64,000 bases of DNA from Calditrichia bacterium (GTDB lineage Bacteria > Calditrichota > Calditrichia > RBG-13-44-9 > J075). The position numbers were made by a program, and so were the translations under genes. This document shows, piece after piece, positions 59,203 to 64,000 of the stretch. How positions within the stretch are numbered: the first letter of the stretch is position 1; the number at the start of each line of letters is the position of its first letter. The DNA lies in NCBI GenBank assembly GCA_050633245.1, contig JBOEGD010000020.1:269712-333711 (forward strand), in the 5' to 3' direction. The notes beneath the pieces were generated by a model. The model was not told where the DNA came from, made no database searches, and was given only the letters and a program-made list of their open reading frames with translations.

Positions 59203-59377
59203 AGCTGATCTCCATTGTTTTTCTATTCCTGATATTTCAATAAAGGAATAAAATGCTGAAAAGTAGCTACGATTTTTTTGTCGCATTTTTTGAGCATTTG
59301 TAAAATCAGCTTGTTTGTCGGGATCAAAACAGCGATTTTGTGAGTTTTATAAGACAACGATTAATTTGGGAGTTGGA

Positions 59378-60187
59378 ATGTTTAAGATCGCCATTATTGG
59401 TTGTGGAAGCATGGGTAGTACTTATGCACGATCATTTCTTCAATTTAATTTGGTTACGCGTGAAAACTTGCTGCTGGTAGCGAAGGATGCGGAACAGAAC
59501 GCTTTTTTGCAGACGCTCGATTTGGGAATGGTTTCTACCGGGATGGATGCCTCAATAGAAGAGCAGGGAGTAATAATCATTGCCGTGAAGCCGCAAAATT
59601 TTTCTGCTATTGTTGAACCGTTAAAAAAACATTTAAAACCCCATCATTTGGTGTTATCTATAATGGCAGGCATTCGTCTCGAAACGCTACAGGAAAGTCT
59701 GGAACATGCCGCAATAATTCGAGCGATGCCAAATACGCCTGCTCAGCTGGGTATGGGAGTAACGGCTTTTTCAGCCATCGAAGGGGTGAATATTCATCAA
59801 ATCAGCATCATCGATAATTTGCTGAGCACAACCGGACGCACACTATTTTTGGATAATGAAGCACTTCTGGATTCGGTAACGGCACTAAGTGGTAGTGGTC
59901 CGGCATATTTTTATTATATCGTAAAGCATATGATTGACGCCGGCAGGGAAATGGGACTTGAGGAGTCGGTTGCTGCTATGCTGGTAAAGCAAACCATGCT
60001 GGGATCGTTTCACCTGATGAACCAGTCCCCCAAGTCACTGGATGAGTTAATTGGGGCCGTTGCATCGAAGGGGGGAACAACTGAGGCGGCACTAAGTAAA
60101 ATGGAAGAAGAACAGTGTGGCAAATCTCTTGCTGATGGAATTCTGGCAGCGGAAAAAAGAGCCAAAGAATTGTCAAAGGGGCAATAA
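59378..60187 (+). CDS. proC: Pyrroline-5-carboxylate reductase
   Basis: IGCGSMG, AVKPQ, RAMPNTP, TALSGSGPAY, VASKGGTT. Confidence 0.96.
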   Translation: MFKIAIIGCGSMGSTYARSFLQFNLVTRENLLLVAKDAEQNAFLQTLDLGMVSTGMDASIEEQGVIIIAVKPQNFSAIVEPLKKHLKPHHLVLSIMAGIRLETLQESLEHAAIIRAMPNTPAQLGMGVTAFSAIEGVNIHQISIIDNLLSTTGRTLFLDNEALLDSVTALSGSGPAYFYYIVKHMIDAGREMGLEESVAAMLVKQTMLGSFHLMNQSPKSLDELIGAVASKGGTTEAALSKMEEEQCGKSLADGILAAEKRAKELSKGQ

Positions 60188-60500
60188 TCAAGTCTATGGG
60201 CTTGATAAAATGGTTTAAAGTTTTGGGGCTTTAAAAAATGTGATTAAAGTCAAAGGCGTGTTTTGATTCTACTTATAGTGTCGCTAATATACGACGAGAC
60301 TTTAACCGAAAAGTGAGTTAAGCGACGATTTGTCATTTCTTAAATTTATTTCCCTTGAATAAGAGTCCCTTCTTCGGCTATTTTCTCATAATCGGCCTTG
60401 TTTTAAATTAATTAATCCCCACATATTATTTTATCCTTAATTCTTCGGAACAGCAGGTAGTCGCTGTTTCATGCATACACCCTATTCAATGGAGTGATAC

Positions 60501-60875
60501 GTGATGTTAACCGATTTGACAACAATTCAGGAGACGCTACAAAATATCTTAACGGCTCACTCGCCTGCCCTTGAAGTGCGTAAGAATGACGGCAAGACTT
60601 TTGAAATTGCCGGAACCAAAGAGGTAATGCAGGGAAAGCAAAAGGTGAACGGACATTATTTTGCAAGCGTTATGTCAAAACCGAAAGATATTAGACTCTA
60701 TTTCTTTCCTATTTATACTCATGTCGATTCATTCTCGATTTCAGATGATCTGAAAAAGTGTCTCAAGGGCAAAAGTTGCTTTCACATAAAAAAGCTTTCG
60801 GATGAGATGGTTGGTGAAATAACTGAAATGATAGCAACAGGCGTGTCGCTTTATGAAAAAGATGAATTAATCTAA
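60501..60875 (+). CDS. Hypothetical protein, DUF1801-like
   Basis: YFAS...LYFFPIY...LKKCLKGKSCFHIK pattern. Confidence 0.65.
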   Translation: MMLTDLTTIQETLQNILTAHSPALEVRKNDGKTFEIAGTKEVMQGKQKVNGHYFASVMSKPKDIRLYFFPIYTHVDSFSISDDLKKCLKGKSCFHIKKLSDEMVGEITEMIATGVSLYEKDELI

Positions 60876-60878
60876 ATC

Positions 60879-61790
60879 ATGTTTAAGCGCATTATAGATT
60901 CGATTGGGGGCGAAGCAATACTCGATAAAATCACCTCCCAACTTTCCGGAACTGACTTTGCCTCCTTTCTGCTTGAAGTGTTTCGTCGTAGAGCTGAGAA
61001 GATAGCGGCGAGTGACCTGCTTCAGCAATTTCGAGACAGCCGTTTTGTGGCTACAGCTGATATGAATTGTATTGGATACAAAGAAATTGAACTCGTTTGG
61101 TTGCGCTATGCAAAACGTAAAGGGTTTGAACCGGTAATCTTTTCACCGGTTGCACCACTTGGCAGCTGTTCAGCGATTGCTCCGGTAAACCAGAATAAGA
61201 TTGTCAGTGCAGCACGCAATACCGAAGTTGTTGCAGACATTACAAATATGATGGCCTTGAAGACGGCCGAGATAATTCGATCTAAGTCCGATGAAAACAA
61301 TATTATCCGACTGGCATCTGCGCACCGGCACATTCGTGCACAAGCATTCCCCGATCCCTCGTTTGCTGCGCACTTTGGTGTATTATGTCTTACCTCAGGC
61401 GGGCTGGATACAGGCAACTATTCTTTCGAGCTAAGTCAATTGAAAGAACATTTGAACTATCATTATAAAATGTTGGCATCCTGTTTTGACTCTGCTCGAT
61501 TAACAACGCGAATTTACATAAGCGATAAAAGGCTGGCTGACCCAATAGACCGCCTTTTGAAAAAAATTGCTTATTCATCTCCGGCAGAACGCGTAAATGA
61601 GCCGCTCGAGAGTAACTATTACTTTCCTCTGCAGTTTAAGATTTTTCTTACATTGGAGGATGCTGAAATCGATCTTGCTGATGGCGGAGTTGTCGATTGG
61701 ACTCAGCAGCTATTGTCTAATAAGAAACATCGTTTTTTTATCAGCGCAAGCGGGATTGAGCGTGTGTACAAACTGGCCTATATTGAATGA
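60879..61790 (+). CDS. Conserved hypothetical protein, possible class II aaRS-like fold
   Basis: SPVAPLGSCS, HRHIRAQ, DGGVVDW..ISASGIER; 3-bp gap after the upstream gene. Confidence 0.7.
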   Translation: MFKRIIDSIGGEAILDKITSQLSGTDFASFLLEVFRRRAEKIAASDLLQQFRDSRFVATADMNCIGYKEIELVWLRYAKRKGFEPVIFSPVAPLGSCSAIAPVNQNKIVSAARNTEVVADITNMMALKTAEIIRSKSDENNIIRLASAHRHIRAQAFPDPSFAAHFGVLCLTSGGLDTGNYSFELSQLKEHLNYHYKMLASCFDSARLTTRIYISDKRLADPIDRLLKKIAYSSPAERVNEPLESNYYFPLQFKIFLTLEDAEIDLADGGVVDWTQQLLSNKKHRFFISASGIERVYKLAYIE

Positions 61791-61911
61791 TGAATCCTTA
61801 ATCTTATTCATTTTAACTCTCCAGGATGCCGAAATGATTTGGCGGGCAAACGGCTGGGGAGTTTTGCAAAAAGATCTGGTTTCGAATAGCACCGCATGGA
61901 AGGTCATTATC

Positions 61912-61949
61912 AAAAAAAGCACCCAAATCAGTTCTGATTCGGGTGCTTT
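61912..61949 (-). terminator. Rho-independent terminator of the PL7 gene, possibly bidirectional
   Basis: AAAGCACCCAAATCAG-tt-CTGATTCGGGTGCTTT with an A7 run on the plus strand. Confidence 0.75.
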
Positions 61950-61981
61950 AATAATGTGTGGGCTTAAATTTGACTTACCGT

Positions 61982-63292
61982 CTACTTCATTAAGATCATG
62001 CGCCGCATTTGGGTAAAACTTCCGGTCTGGATACGATAGAGATAGATACCACTTGCCAGGTTAGAGGCGTCAAACTTGACAGTATGTTCTCCAATTTCAA
62101 CCGGGCGATCGATCAACTGTTGAGCCAGTTTACCATTTATGTCATAAATAGCCAGATCAACATGTGACTCTTTGGGCAAGGAAAAGGTGATATTCGTAGA
62201 TGGATTGAAGGGATTTGGGTAGTTTTGATTTAGATAAAACCCCTTTAAAATCTCTATGTCAGAATCTACTCCGATACCTGTGACTATAGCGGGACCTACA
62301 GTTGCTTCTTTAAACCATACTTCTGCATAACTTCCATTTGCATATTGATCTGCTAAGTTTCCATTATACGTTTGCGCTCCTGTATTCCACACCATATTAT
62401 CCGAAGGATTTTTGCCGTTAGACTGATTGTAGGAACCCTGTTTGAAATACTGAAGCTCACCGGCATAAGCATTTGCTTTTTCTGTGCCATCCTGACCTGT
62501 AGAAGCGAATACGGTCAAGACTTGTTGGGGGATATCTGAATAATTTGTATACTCAGAAACAATCAGGTTTTTGGTAAACGACTTTGTTGGATGACCCGGG
62601 CTTGTAAAAGTTAGGTACATTATTCCATCATATACATTCACTTCATAGCTAAACTCTTCGTTTAATTCTATGCCATCGGCAGGCTCGGCAGGATATGTTG
62701 TTGAATCTGTACCAACAACAGACCAGTCATAGCCCCAAACAGCCGTTGAAAAGTCCCATCTTTCTGAATTACTGCCTTCTGTGTTAATTTCATAATTCCA
62801 GAAAACAGATCCCTTTGTATGCCCCGGAAACTTTTTATAATAGATTTTAAGCGGTTCATTTTCATGACCTTCATCGCTGTGAATTTGCCCAACGACACAT
62901 GAAAAAGCTGCGGGCACCATGGCATTACTTGTAGTTGATACGTTCATTACTTTTAATGTAGCTGTTAAATTTCCACCGGTTTCAGGTGTCCATTCTGACT
63001 TTTGTCGCAGTTCGGATCTTGTATTAGATGAATTCGGTGTTGTACCACCAGAGTTAGGCGTTTTATAGACTACCCAGTCTGTTGTTCCATCATTGGTATC
63101 GAAAAAATAATCCGGGTGCTCAAAGTCAATTAAATTGCTCTCACTTGAACCATCTCCCATGGTGATCCTCCATTCGGCAAAAAATGGAATTACGTCGCTT
63201 GGAAAGTTGGCAATATACCCTGCTAAAATTGGTGAAAATGCTACTATCAGAACAAGCAATGAAAATAGCCTCGCTTTGTAACTCTTTTTCAT
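61982..63292 (-). CDS. Polysaccharide lyase family 7 (alginate lyase-like) with FlgD-Ig/T9SS-like C-terminus
   Basis: RSELRQ, QIH, YFKQGSYNQ PL7 motifs; signal peptide; NYPNPFNP. Confidence 0.9.
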   Translation of the reverse strand: MKKSYKARLFSLLVLIVAFSPILAGYIANFPSDVIPFFAEWRITMGDGSSESNLIDFEHPDYFFDTNDGTTDWVVYKTPNSGGTTPNSSNTRSELRQKSEWTPETGGNLTATLKVMNVSTTSNAMVPAAFSCVVGQIHSDEGHENEPLKIYYKKFPGHTKGSVFWNYEINTEGSNSERWDFSTAVWGYDWSVVGTDSTTYPAEPADGIELNEEFSYEVNVYDGIMYLTFTSPGHPTKSFTKNLIVSEYTNYSDIPQQVLTVFASTGQDGTEKANAYAGELQYFKQGSYNQSNGKNPSDNMVWNTGAQTYNGNLADQYANGSYAEVWFKEATVGPAIVTGIGVDSDIEILKGFYLNQNYPNPFNPSTNITFSLPKESHVDLAIYDINGKLAQQLIDRPVEIGEHTVKFDASNLASGIYLYRIQTGSFTQMRRMILMK

Positions 63293-63472
63293 CTTATTTT
63301 CCTTATTTTAACGAATGATATTACCTAAACTGTCTGTTGTAATACATCATACAAATTCTTGGTTTTTGATGCAAAGGTTTTTTATTGAAAGAACTTCTGA
63401 GCTCTTACAATTAATTTGAAAAAACCAGGAGGGTGGCATAAAAAGGCCGTTAAATTTAATTATTAACACGGC

Positions 63473-64000
63473 CTAAAATAGATTCATTTGTGCATCGCCG
63501 GGACGTCGAAACGATTTGGTGGAAAGACGACTATGATCGCTTCTGCCTTCCGGAATGCCGGCATTTCTGCAGGCAGCTTGAAACAAGGTCTTAACCTGCT
63601 CAGCAAAAGCGCCATCACCCTTCATGCGTTCAAAAAAGCGACTATCGTTTACGTTCCCGCCGCGAATGTCGCGTACTCGGTTCATAACCTTTTCTTTCCG
63701 TTCCGGAAAGTTGCTTTCCAGCCACTGTTCGAATAACCCCGAAACGCTATAGGGTAAGCGCAGCATCACGTAGCCCGCGAAAGACGCGCCGGCATCCGCA
63801 GCAGTTTTAATGATAGCCGGAATTTCGTGGTCTGTTAGTCCGGGTATTACCGGCGCAGTAAAAACCCCAACCGGGATGCCGGCTTCGGCAAGTTTGCGGA
63901 TTGCTTCAATGCGCCGTGTCGGTTGAGACGTTCGTGGCTCCATCTTGCGTGCTAATGCTCCATCCAGCGTGGTTACAGATACCACAACCCGAATGGCATT
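63473..64000 (-). CDS. PA0069/Rv2578c-family radical SAM protein (spore photoproduct lyase-like), 5' part outside the window
   Basis: SVTTLD..LARKMEPR, APVIPGLTD, MLRLP, RMKGDG, terminal QMNLF. Confidence 0.88.
   Translation of the reverse strand, partial: NAIRVVVSVTTLDGALARKMEPRTSQPTRRIEAIRKLAEAGIPVGVFTAPVIPGLTDHEIPAIIKTAADAGASFAGYVMLRLPYSVSGLFEQWLESNFPERKEKVMNRVRDIRGGNVNDSRFFERMKGDGAFAEQVKTLFQAACRNAGIPEGRSDHSRLSTKSFRRPGDAQMNLF

Noticed and set aside
58756-63292. Integron cassette array of short unrelated genes
   Set aside because: Mixed orientations, no repeated attC-like sites and no integrase.

Overview
A 64-kb bacterial chromosomal window of moderate GC. It is most consistent with a Calditrichota-like (FCB-related) organism: four secreted proteins end in an N[YF]PNPFNP FlgD-Ig/T9SS-type sorting domain, and there is a kinase-TolB_N-TPR protein. 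No rRNA, tRNA, CRISPR array or prophage was recognised. A housekeeping block runs uppS-folC-rho-rpmE2-prfA-prmC-rnr, and proC lies further downstream. Accessory content includes a lipoprotein-Omp85-DUF4390-NtrY/NtrX-like locus, three choice-of-anchor-B paralogues (two share a near-identical ~715-bp tract), a RAYT transposase with a REP palindrome, a second composite REP-like element present twice, and a PL7 lyase. Three candidates for undescribed biology stand out. (1) A sigma-54 enhancer-binding protein whose input domain is a catalytically degenerate glutamyl-tRNA reductase (HemA); it is followed by tandem palindromes, a -24/-12 promoter, a lipoprotein and a TonB receptor. (2) An 8-gene ArsM/ArsS-like radical SAM/flavoprotein/phosphoesterase/glycosyltransferase operon with no arsenic efflux or ArsR genes, suggesting organoarsenic glycolipid biosynthesis. 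(3) An intact fadE-fadA-fadN-like operon whose key catalytic residues are replaced, including both thiolase cysteines changed to serine. All calls come from motif recognition by eye; no database searches were run.
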